Part shown: positions 1 through 12,248 of the stretch, piece after piece
How positions within the stretch are numbered: the first letter of the stretch is position 1
Layout of the letters: each line of letters starts with the position of its first letter
NCBI GenBank assembly: GCA_002269645.1
Contig: NIVC01004389.1
Coordinates: 1 to 47,597, forward strand
DNA: 47,597 nucleotides
Source of the DNA: Macrostomum lignano
Taxonomy: Eukaryota
Reading direction: 5' to 3'
Program-made: the position numbers and the translations under genes
Notes under the pieces: model-generated
Told to the model about the DNA's origin: nothing
Seen by the model: only the letters and a program-made list of their open reading frames with translations
Databases searched by the model: none

Positions 1-3000
1 AGTGTTGGGCCACTGTGTGTGTGTCTAGTTTTTTCCGCATTTGTTAAGTCACCTAAAGAACTCAATTAATAAAGGGCTCCAGAACAAATTGATGGGCAAA
101 CGGATGACACACTGCACAGAGACTTGTTGGGACATATTAAAAACAGCTTATTTTAGAATGGGTACACTTTACTAAAGTAGAATGCTCCTACAGAAAGCTG
201 CAAGCAAACTAGCATCTTCTGGAGCTGACATGCAGAGAAGAATGATTTTGTCGTCCTTGAAATCACTAAATAGATATGCGAAATCGATCTTTTGCTAATC
301 CCACCACAGGTTCCAGTGAAAAGAAGAAACGAAACCCATTGACTAAATTGGCAGTCGACTCAATCGATGCCGACTGCAACGGACCTGTCAGCTTCGAACT
401 CAGGAGAGCAGCTAATAGTCTACGAGAGTAATGCTAGATGCCAGAATGCTTCACAGCATCAAAGTCTTAAGCAGAAGCTTCAATGAAAGGTTAGTTCATG
501 CTGTGGCTGCATTCGTTTTCGTGTCTAGAAGCGTTATAACTTTTTGTACTTTTAACTCTCAGATCGGGTCTTAGCAGATTCTATAGCTATGCATGCAAGG
601 GCCCCTCAGAGGAGATGCTTAAACACTGCAGTGCATTTTTCCTAGCAATTATTGGGACACGAAGTGTTGGGCCACTGTGTGTGTGTCTAGTTTTTTCCGC
701 ATTTGTTAAGTCACCTAAAGAACTCAATTAATAAAGGGCTCCAGAACAAATTGATGGGCAAACGGATGACACACTGCACAGAGACTTGTTGGGACATATT
801 AAAAACAGCTTATTTTAGAATGGGTACACTTTACTAAAGTAGAATGCTCCTACAGAAAGCTGCAAGCAAACTAGCATCTTCTGGAGCTGACATGCAGAGA
901 AGAATGATTTTGTCGTCCTTGAAATCACTAAATAGATATGCGAAATCGATCTTTTGCTAATCCCACCACAGGTTCCAGTGAAAAGAAGAAACGAAACCCA
1001 TTGACTAAATTGGCAGTCGACTCAATCGATGCCGACTGCAACAGACCTGTCAGCTTCGAACTCAGGAGAGCAGCTAATAGTCTACGAGAGTAATGCTAGA
1101 TGCCAGAATGCTTCACAGCATCAAAGTCTTAAGCAGAAGCTTCAATGAAAGGTTAGTTCATGCTGTGGCTGCATTCGTTTTCGTGTCTAGAAGCGTTATA
1201 ACTTTTTGTACTTTTAACTCTCAGATCGGGTCTTAGCAGATTCTATAGCTATGCATGCAAGGGCCCCTCAGAGGAGATGCTTAAACACTGCAGTGCATTT
1301 TTCCTAGCAATTATTGGGACACGAAGTGTTGGGCCACTGTGTGTGTGTCTAGTTTTTTCCGCATTTGTTAAGTCACCTAAAGAACTCAATTAATAAAGGG
1401 CTCCAGAACAAATTGATGGGCAAACGGATGACACACTGCACAGAGACTTGTTGGGACATATTAAAAACAGCTTATTTTAGAATGGGTACACTTTACTAAA
1501 GTAGAATGCTCCTACAGAAAGCTGCAAGCAAACTAGCATCTTCTGGAGCTGACATGCAGAGAAGAATGATTTTGTCGTCCTTGAAATCACTAAATAGATA
1601 TGCGAAATCGATCTTTTGCTAATCCCACCACAGGTTCCAGTGAAAAGAAGAAACGAAACCCATTGACTAAATTGGCAGTCGACTCAATCGATGCCGACTG
1701 CAACGGACCTGTCAGCTTCGAACTCAGGAGAGCAGCTAATAGTCTACGAGAGTAATGCTAGATGCCAGAATGCTTCACAGCATCAAAGTCTTAAGCAGAA
1801 GCTTCAATGAAAGGTTAGTTCATGCTGTGGCTGCATTCGTTTTCGTGTCTAGAAGCGTTATAACTTTTTGTACTTTTAACTCTCAGATCGGGTCTTAGCA
1901 GATTCTATAGCTATGCATGCAAGGGCCCCTCAGAGGAGATGCTTAAACACTGCAGTGCATTTTTCCTAGCAATTATTGGGACACGAAGTGTTGGGCCACT
2001 GTGTGTGTGTCTAGTTTTTTCCGCATTTGTTAAGTCACCTAAAGAACTCAATTAATAAAGGGCTCCAGAACAAATTGATGGGCAAACGGATGACACACTG
2101 CACAGAGACTTGTTGGGACATATTAAAAACAGCTTATTTTAGAATGGGTACACTTTACTAAAGTAGAATGCTCCTACAGAAAGCTGCAAGCAAACTAGCA
2201 TCTTCTGGAGCTGACATGCAGAGAAGAATGATTTTGTCGTCCTTGAAATCACTAAATAGATATGCGAAATCGATCTTTTGCTAATCCCACCACAGGTTCC
2301 AGTGAAAAGAAGAAACGAAACCCATTGACTAAATTGGCAGTCGACTCAATCGATGCCGACTGCAACGACCTGTCAGCTTCGAACTCAGGAGAGCAGCTAA
2401 TAGTCTACGAGAGTAATGCTAGATGCCAGAATGCTTCACAGCATCAAAGTCTTAAGCAGAAGCTTCAATGAAAGGTTAGTTCATGCTGTGGCTGCATTCG
2501 TTTTCGTGTCTAGAAGCGTTATAACTTTTTGTACTTTTAACTCTCAGATCGGGTCTTAGCAGATTCTATAGCTATGCATGCAAGGGCCCCTCAGAGGAGA
2601 TGCTTAAACACTGCAGTGCATTTTTCCTAGCAATTATTGGGACACGAAGTGTTGGGCCACTGTGTGTGTGTCTAGTTTTTTCCGCATTTGTTAAGTCACC
2701 TAAAGAACTCAATTAATAAAGGGCTCCAGAACAAATTGATGGGCAAACGGATGACACACTGCACAGAGACTTGTTGGGACATATTAAAAACAGCTTATTT
2801 TAGAATGGGTACACTTTACTAAAGTAGAATGCTCCTACAGAAAGCTGCAAGCAAACTAGCATCTTCTGGAGCTGACATGCAGAGAAGAATGATTTTGTCG
2901 TCCTTGAAATCACTAAATAGATATGCGAAATCGATCTTTTGCTAATCCCACCACAGGTTCCAGTGAAAAGAAGAAACGAAACCCATTGACTAAATTGGCA

Positions 3001-6000
3001 GTCGACTCAATCGATGCCGACTGCAACGACCTGTCAGCTTCGAACTCAGGAGAGCAGCTAATAGTCTACGAGAGTAATGCTAGATGCCAGAATGCTTCAC
3101 AGCATCAAAGTCTTAAGCAGAAGCTTCAATGAAAGGTTAGTTCATGCTGTGGCTGCATTCGTTTTCGTGTCTAGAAGCGTTATAACTTTTTGTACTTTTA
3201 ACTCTCAGATCGGGTCTTAGCAGATTCTATAGCTATGCATGCAAGGGCCCCTCAGAGGAGATGCTTAAACACTGCAGTGCATTTTTCCTAGCAATTATTG
3301 GGACACGAAGTGTTGGGCCACTGTGTGTGTGTCTAGTTTTTTCCGCATTTGTTAAGTCACCTAAAGAACTCAATTAATAAAGGGCTCCAGAACAAATTGA
3401 TGGGCAAACGGATGACACACTGCACAGAGACTTGTTGGGACATATTAAAAACAGCTTATTTTAGAATGGGTACACTTTACTAAAGTAGAATGCTCCTACA
3501 GAAAGCTGCAAGCAAACTAGCATCTTCTGGAGCTGACATGCAGAGAAGAATGATTTTGTCGTCCTTGAAATCACTAAATAGATATGCGAAATCGATCTTT
3601 TGCTAATCCCACCACAGGTTCCAGTGAAAAGAAGAAACGAAACCCATTGACTAAATTGGCAGTCGACTCAATCGATGCCGACTGCAACGGACCTGTCAGC
3701 TTCGAACTCAGGAGAGCAGCTAATAGTCTACGAGAGTAATGCTAGATGCCAGAATGCTTCACAGCATCAAAGTCTTAAGCAGAAGCTTCAATGAAAGGTT
3801 AGTTCATGCTGTGGCTGCATTCGTTTTCGTGTCTAGAAGCGTTATAACTTTTTGTACTTTTAACTCTCAGATCGGGTCTTAGCAGATTCTATAGCTATGC
3901 ATGCAAGGGCCCCTCAGAGGAGATGCTTAAACACTGCAGTGCATTTTTCCTAGCAATTATTGGGACACGAAGTGTTGGGCCACTGTGTGTGTGTCTAGTT
4001 TTTTCCGCATTTGTTAAGTCACCTAAAGAACTCAATTAATAAAGGGCTCCAGAACAAATTGATGGGCAAACGGATGACACACTGCACAGAGACTTGTTGG
4101 GACATATTAAAAACAGCTTATTTTAGAATGGGTACACTTTACTAAAGTAGAATGCTCCTACAGAAAGCTGCAAGCAAACTAGCATCTTCTGGAGCTGACA
4201 TGCAGAGAAGAATGATTTTGTCGTCCTTGAAATCACTAAATAGATATGCGAAATCGATCTTTTGCTAATCCCACCACAGGTTCCAGTGAAAAGAAGAAAC
4301 GAAACCCATTGACTAAATTGGCAGTCGACTCAATCGATGCCGACTGCAACGGACCTGTCAGCTTCGAACTCAGGAGAGCAGCTAATAGTCTACGAGAGTA
4401 ATGCTAGATGCCAGAATGCTTCACAGCATCAAAGTCTTAAGCAGAAGCTTCAATGAAAGGTTAGTTCATGCTGTGGCTGCATTCGTTTTCGTGTCTAGAA
4501 GCGTTATAACTTTTTGTACTTTTAACTCTCAGATCGGGTCTTAGCAGATTCTATAGCTATGCATGCAAGGGCCCCTCAGAGGAGATGCTTAAACACTGCA
4601 GTGCATTTTTCCTAGCAATTATTGGGACACGAAGTGTTGGGCCACTGTGTGTGTGTCTAGTTTTTTCCGCATTTGTTAAGTCACCTAAAGAACTCAATTA
4701 ATAAAGGGCTCCAGAACAAATTGATGGGCAAACGGATGACACACTGCACAGAGACTTGTTGGGACATATTAAAAACAGCTTATTTTAGAATGGGTACACT
4801 TTACTAAAGTAGAATGCTCCTACAGAAAGCTGCAAGCAAACTAGCATCTTCTGGAGCTGACATGCAGAGAAGAATGATTTTGTCGTCCTTGAAATCACTA
4901 AATAGATATGCGAAATCGATCTTTTGCTAATCCCACCACAGGTTCCAGTGAAAAGAAGAAACGAAACCCATTGACTAAATTGGCAGTCGACTCAATCGAT
5001 GCCGACTGCAACGACCTGTCAGCTTCGAACTCAGGAGAGCAGCTAATAGACTACGAGAGTAATGCTAGATGCCAGAATGCTTCACAGCATCAAAGTCTTA
5101 AGCAGAAGCTTCAATGAAAGGTTAGTTCATGCTGTGGCTGCATTCGTTTTCGTGTCTAGAAGCGTTATAACTTTTTGTACTTTTAACTCTCAGATCGGGT
5201 CTTAGCAGATTCTATAGCTATGCATGCAAGGGCCCCTCAGAGGAGATGCTTAAACACTGCAGTGCATTTTTCCTAGCAATTATTGGGACACGAAGTGTTG
5301 GGCCACTGTGTGTGTGTCTAGTTTTTTCCGCATTTGTTAAGTCACCTAAAGAACTCAATTAATAAAGGGCTCCAGAACAAATTGATGGGCAAACGGATGA
5401 CACACTGCACAGAGACTTGTTGGGACATATTAAAAACAGCTTATTTTAGAATGGGTACACTTTACTAAAGTAGAATGCTCCTACAGAAAGCTGCAAGCAA
5501 ACTAGCATCTTCTGGAGCTGACATGCAGAGAAGAATGATTTTGTCGTCCTTGAAATCACTAAATAGATATGCGAAATCGATCTTTTGCTAATCCCACCAC
5601 AGGTTCCAGTGAAAAGAAGAAACGAAACCCATTGACTAAATTGGCAGTCGACTCAATCGATGCCGACTGCAACGGACCTGTCAGCTTCGAACTCAGGAGA
5701 GCAGCTAATAGTCTACGAGAGTAATGCTAGATGCCAGAATGCTTCACAGCATCAAAGTCTTAAGCAGAAGCTTCAATGAAAGGTTAGTTCATGCTGTGGC
5801 TGCATTCGTTTTCGTGTCTAGAAGCGTTATAACTTTTTGTACTTTTAACTCTCAGATCGGGTCTTAGCAGATTCTATAGCTATGCATGCAAGGGCCCCTC
5901 AGAGGAGATGCTTAAACACTGCAGTGCATTTTTCCTAGCAATTATTGGGACACGAAGTGTTGGGCCACTGTGTGTGTGTCTAGTTTTTTCCGCATTTGTT

Positions 6001-9000
6001 AAGTCACCTAAAGAACTCAATTAATAAAGGGCTCCAGAACAAATTGATGGGCAAACGGATGACACACTGCACAGAGACTTGTTGGGACATATTAAAAACA
6101 GCTTATTTTAGAATGGGTACACTTTACTAAAGTAGAATGCTCCTACAGAAAGCTGCAAGCAAACTAGCATCTTCTGGAGCTGACATGCAGAGAAGAATGA
6201 TTTTGTCGTCCTTGAAATCACTAAATAGATATGCGAAATCGATCTTTTGCTAATCCCACCACAGGTTCCAGTGAAAAGAAGAAACGAAACCCATTGACTA
6301 AATTGGCAGTCGACTCAACGATTCCGACTGCAACAGACCTGTCAGCTTCGAACTCAGGAGAGCAGCTAATAGTCTACGAGAGTAATGCTAGATGCCAGAA
6401 TGCTTCACAGCATCAAAGTCTTAAGCAGAAGCTTCAATGAAAGGTTAGTTCATGCTGTGGCTGCATTCGTTTTCGTGTCTAGAAGCGTTATAACTTTTTG
6501 TACTTTTAACTCTCAGATCGGGTCTTAGCAGATTCTATAGCTATGCATGCAAGGGCCCCTCAGAGGAGATGCTTAAACACTGCAGTGCATTTTTCCTAGC
6601 AATTATTGGGACACGAAGTGTTGGGCCACTGTGTGTGTGTCTAGTTTTTTCCGCATTTGTTAAGTCACCTAAAGAACTCAATTAATAAAGGGCTCCAGAA
6701 CAAATTGATGGGCAAACGGATGACACACTGCACAGAGACTTGTTGGGACATATTAAAAACAGCTTATTTTAGAATGGGTACACTTTACTAAAGTAGAATG
6801 CTCCTACAGAAAGCTGCAAGCAAACTAGCATCTTCTGGAGCTGACATGCAGAGAAGAATGATTTTGTCGTCCTTGAAATCACTAAATAGATATGCGAAAT
6901 CGATCTTTTGCTAATCCCACCACAGGTTCCAGTGAAAAGAAGAAACGAAACCCATTGACTAAATTGGCAGTCGACTCAACGATTCCGACTGCAACAGACC
7001 TGTCAGCTTCGAACTCAGGAGAGCAGCTAATAGTCTACGAGAGTAATGCTAGATGCCAGAATGCTTCACAGCATCAAAGTCTTAAGCAGAAGCTTCAATG
7101 AAAGGTTAGTTCATGCTGTGGCTGCATTCGTTTTCGTGTCTAGAAGCGTTATAACTTTTTGTACTTTTAACTCTCAGATCGGGTCTTAGCAGATTCTATA
7201 GCTATGCATGCAAGGGCCCCTCAGAGGAGATGCTTAAACACTGCAGTGCATTTTTCCTAGCAATTATTGGGACACGAAGTGTTGGGCCACTGTGTGTGTG
7301 TCTAGTTTTTTCCGCATTTGTTAAGTCACCTAAAGAACTCAATTAATAAAGGGCTCCAGAACAAATTGATGGGCAAACGGATGACACACTGCACAGAGAC
7401 TTGTTGGGACATATTAAAAACAGCTTATTTTAGAATGGGTACACTTTACTAAAGTAGAATGCTCCTACAGAAAGCTGCAAGCAAACTAGCATCTTCTGGA
7501 GCTGACATGCAGAGAAGAATGATTTTGTCGTCCTTGAAATCACTAAATAGATATGCGAAATCGATCTTTTGCTAATCCCACCACAGGTTCCAGTGAAAAG
7601 AAGAAACGAAACCCATTGACTAAATTGGCAGTCGACTCAATCGATGCCGACTGCAACGGACCTGTCAGCTTCGAACTCAGGAGAGCAGCTAATAGTCTAC
7701 GAGAGTAATGCTAGATGCCAGAATGCTTCACAGCATCAAAGTCTTAAGCAGAAGCTTCAATGAAAGGTTAGTTCATGCTGTGGCTGCATTCGTTTTCGTG
7801 TCTAGAAGCGTTATAACTTTTTGTACTTTTAACTCTCAGATCGGGTCTTAGCAGATTCTATAGCTATGCATGCAAGGGCCCCTCAGAGGAGATGCTTAAA
7901 CACTGCAGTGCATTTTTCCTAGCAATTATTGGGACACGAAGTGTTGGGCCACTGTGTGTGTGTCTAGTTTTTTCCGCATTTGTTAAGTCACCTAAAGAAC
8001 TCAATTAATAAAGGGCTCCAGAACAAATTGATGGGCAAACGGATGACACACTGCACAGAGACTTGTTGGGACATATTAAAAACAGCTTATTTTAGAATGG
8101 GTACACTTTACTAAAGTAGAATGCTCCTACAGAAAGCTGCAAGCAAACTAGCATCTTCTGGAGCTGACATGCAGAGAAGAATGATTTTGTCGTCCTTGAA
8201 ATCACTAAATAGATATGCGAAATCGATCTTTTGCTAATCCCACCACAGGTTCCAGTGAAAAGAAGAAACGAAACCCATTGACTAAATTGGCAGTCGACTC
8301 AACGATTCCGACTGCAACAGACCTGTCAGCTTCGAACTCAGGAGAGCAGCTAATAGACTACGAGAGTAATGCTAGATGCCAGAATGCTTCACAGCATCAA
8401 AGTCTTAAGCAGAAGCTTCAATGAAAGGTTAGTTCATGCTGTGGCTGCATTCGTTTTCGTGTCTAGAAGCGTTATAACTTTTTGTACTTTTAACTCTCAG
8501 ATCGGGTCTTAGCAGATTCTATAGCTATGCATGCAAGGGCCCCTCAGAGGGATGCTTAAACACTGCAGTGCATTTTTCCTAGCAATTATTGGGACACGAA
8601 GTGTTGGGCCACTGTGTGTGTGTCTAGTTTTTTCCGCATTTGTTAAGTCACCTAAGAACTCAATTAATAAAGGGCTCCAGAACAAATTGATGGGCAAACG
8701 GATGACACACTGCACAGAGACTTGTTGGGACATATTAAAAACAGCTTATTTTAGAATGGGTACACTTTACTAAAGTAGAATGCTCCTACAGAAAGCTGCA
8801 AGAAACTAGCATCTTCTGGAGCTGACATGCAGAGAAGAATGATTTTGTCGTCCTTGAAATCACTAAATAGATATGCGAAATCGATCTTTTGCTAATCCCA
8901 CCACAGGTTCCAGTGAAAAGAAGAAACGAAACCCATTGACTAAATTGGCAGTCGACTCAACCGATTCCGACTGCAACAGACCTGTCAGCTTCGAACTCAG

Positions 9001-10358
9001 GAGAGCAGCTAATAGTCTACGAGAGTAATGCTAGATGCCAGAATGCTTCACAGCATCAAAGTCTTAAGCAGAAGCTTCAATGAAAGGTTAGTTCATGCTG
9101 TGGCTGCATTCGTTTTCGTGTCTAGAAGCGTTATAACTTTTTGTACTTTTAACTCTCAGATCGGGTCTTAGCAGATTCTATAGCTATGCATGCAAGGGCC
9201 CCTCAGAGGAGATGCTTAAACACTGCAGTGCATTTTTCCTAGCAATTATTGGGACACGAAGTGTTGGGCCACTGTGTGTGTGTCTAGTTTTTTCCGCATT
9301 TGTTAAGTCACCTAGAGAACTCAATTAATAAAGGGCTCCAGAACAAATTGATGGGCAAACGGATGACACACTGCACAGAGACTTGTTGGGACATATTAAA
9401 AACAGCTTATTTTAGAATGGGTACACTTTACTAAAGTAGAATGCTCCTACAGAAAGCTGCAAGAAAACTAGCATCTTCTGGAGCTGACATGCAGAGAAGA
9501 ATGATTTTGTCGTCCTTGAAATCACTAAATAGATATGCGAAATCAATCTTTTGCTAATCCCACCACAGGTTCCAGTGAAAAGAAGAAACGAAACCCATTG
9601 ACTAAATTGGCAGTCGACTCAACCGATTCCGACTGCAACAGACCTGTCAGCTTCGAACTCAGGAGAGCAGCTAATAGTCTACGAGAGTAATGCTAGATGC
9701 CAGAATGCTTCACAGCATCAAAGTCTTAAGCAGAAGCTTCAATGAAAGGTTAGTTCATGCTGTGGCTGCATTCGTTTTCGTGTCTAGAAGCGTTATAACT
9801 TTTTGTACTTTTAACTCTCAGATCGGGTCTTAGCAGATTCTATAGCTATGCATGCAAGGGCCCCTCAGAGGAGATGCTTAAACACTGCAGTGCATTTTTC
9901 CTAGCAATTATTGGGACACGAAGTGTTGGGCCACTGTGTGTGTGTCTAGTTTTTTCCGCATTTGTTAAGTCACCTAAAGAACTCAATTAATAAAGGGCTC
10001 CAGAACAAATTGATGGGCAAACGGATGACACACTGCACAGAGACTTGTTGGGACATATTAAAAACAGCTTATTTTAGAATGGGTACACTTTACTAAAGTA
10101 GAATGCTCCTACAGAAAGCTGCAAGCAAACTAGCATCTTCTGGAGCTGACATGCAGAGAAGAATGATTTTGTCGTCCTTGAAATCACTAAATAGATATGC
10201 GAAATCGATCTTTTGCTAATCCCACCACAGGTTCCAGTGAAAAGAAGAAACGAAACCCATTGACTAAATTGGCAGTCGACTCAACCGATTCCGACTGCAA
10301 CAGACCTGTCAGCTTCGAACTCAGGAGAGCAGCTAATAGACTACGAGCGTAATGCTGA
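1..10358. repeat. Tandem satellite array, 660-662-bp unit, 15 full units plus about 0.66 unit; open at the left window edge
   Basis: AGTGTTGGGCCACTG recurs at 1, 663, 1325, 1987, 2648, 3309, 3971, 4633, 5294, 5956, 6617, 7278, 7940, 8600, 9260 and 9922. Units differ by only a few substitutions or 1-bp indels. Similarity breaks down at about 10358. Confidence 0.98.
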
Positions 10359-11124
10359 ATGCCAGAGTGCTCTAAATAACGAGACTCCTGTTTTCTCACT
10401 CGACCGGAATTTGTTGTTTAATCTGCTTAACTAATCTCTGCGTTTCAGTTTTTCAGTTTCACTGTCAATTTTAGGTTTTTTTCTAAGCGCAAGTGTAATT
10501 GAATTTTTTATTCATATTAGTCAGGCAAATTGCGTACAGCAATATAGCGTATTAGTAAAGGTAAAGGTAAATAGACTGCTTGTAACTAGTTTTTCCTTCA
10601 TGTGGATTGGCTTTAACGAAGCCTTTTGTATTTCAAGTAATGCTGAATTCGCTGGACTGAGGACAATATAGTTACACGATGATATGCTATTCCTTCACTT
10701 TCAGTAGATCATACTATTAGTATGGGACGTGCTTTTTTATTTCAATGTATGCTTTTTTTCATCATTTAAATGCTAAAAATACTTAATAGGTCATTGCACT
10801 GTGTGTATGTGTGTGTTTTCGTGTGTCAAAAAAAATTGCAAAATAAGTGCCCACCATTGTATACCGTACCAACAAGTGCCCGGTGCGTGATTGTGTGTGT
10901 GTGTGTGTGTGTGTGCTGTTTTTTATGCGGTGTACATGCTCTTTGCAATCGGTGGTTTTAAAACCCGCTTTAGCAAGCGGCAGCGGAGGCCAACCAGAAT
11001 TGCCAGCTCTTCCACAAAGGGGGAAGTGTTTCATATGACACTGAATTTCATATTGCCTAAAAGTTTAAAGCCTCTACTATCATGACGCTTAAATTTCACC
11101 TAACCGTGAAAAAGCTTTGGGAAA

Positions 11125-11742
11125 TTTAGGTCTCATGAAGCTTAGGTCTCATGTAGTTTAAAACTCATGTAGTTTAGGTCTCATGAAGTTTAGGTCTCAT
11201 GTAGTTTAGGTCTCATGTAGTTTAGGTCTCATGAAGTTTAGGTCTTATGTAGTTTAGGTCTCATGAAGTTTAGGTCCCATGAAGCTTAGGTCTTATGAAG
11301 TTTAGGTCTTATGAAGTTTAGGTCTCATGAAGTTTAGGTCTAGTGTAGTTTAGGTCTCATGTAGTTTAGGTCTCATGAAGTTTAAGTCTCATGAAGTTTA
11401 GGTCTCATGAAGTTTAGGTCTCATATAGTTTAGATCTCATGAAGTTTAGATCTCATGAAGTTTAGGTCTCATGAAGTTTAGGTCTAGTGTAGTTTAGGTC
11501 TCATGAAGTTTAGGTCTTATGAAGTTTAGGTCTAGTGTAGTTTAGGTCTCATGAAGTTTAGGTCTCATGAAGTTTAGGTCTAGTGTAGTTTAGGTCTCAT
11601 GAAGTTTAGGTCTTATGAAGTTTAGGTCTAGTGTAGTTTAGGTCTAGTGTAGTTTAGATCTCATGAAGTTTAGGTCTCATGAAGTTTAGGTCTCATGTAG
11701 TTTAGGTCTCATGAAGTTTAGGTCTCATGTAGTTTAGGTCTC
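11125..11742. repeat. 16-bp minisatellite (TTTAGGTCTCATGAAG and variants)
   Basis: Direct reading of the tandem units. Confidence 0.95.
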
Positions 11743-12248
11743 GTAAAAGCGCTCCCACCACATAAAAATGACAACATCATTTGTCGATTATCGCGAAAAC
11801 TTTTCAATGAAAAATTACAAGATTTCTGCAGCTCAATTTTGTCATTAGCAAATCGTAGCCAAGCCTGTTAGAGGCTACGGGTTAGGGAAGAAGCGGCGGT
11901 ATGGGAGACATTATCGGCAAACGCACGCAGTGTAAACAAGGGCTCCTTCCGGGGTTGACTATTTGTTGATTTCTAAAGCCCGTACATGTAGTTACCCGAC
12001 TAAATGCACCTGCCGTATTTTCCTCATTGCATATTTGAATTTTGTAGTTATGCACTGCTCTCATATTCCATATAAGATTTTCTAGCTACTCTTTCTAGAA
12101 ATTTACTAAAATAATGCTTGATTTTTCCTGCAGACTTTTAACGCTTATTTTAAGTAGCATAATTAGCGTTTATCGCCGTTTTCTGCCATAGCTAGCGAAT
12201 TTCTACGACTTTATAATTGATCGGATTTTTTTTCACTCCAAACCGCAG

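Noticed and set aside
2262-8773. Repeated 69-80 aa ORFs in the satellite (MRNRSFANP...) as a tandem gene family
   Set aside because: They appear only in units with particular 1-bp indels; the majority unit type breaks the frame, and no domain is recognisable.
1-10358. Satellite as a 5S, spliced-leader, snRNA or histone gene array
   Set aside because: No recognisable 5S, tRNA, snRNA, SL or histone sequence seen in the unit; a covariance-model search would be needed to exclude it fully.
11125-11742. Telomeric repeat (contains TTAGG)
   Set aside because: The unit is 16 bp with TTAGG embedded, not tandem TTAGGG or TTAGG.
10974-11930. Possible first exons of the X11 gene (10974-11025; ATG at about 11900)
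   Set aside because: Phases can be made compatible, but the donors (GTGTTT, GTAAAC) are weak and no homology supports them.
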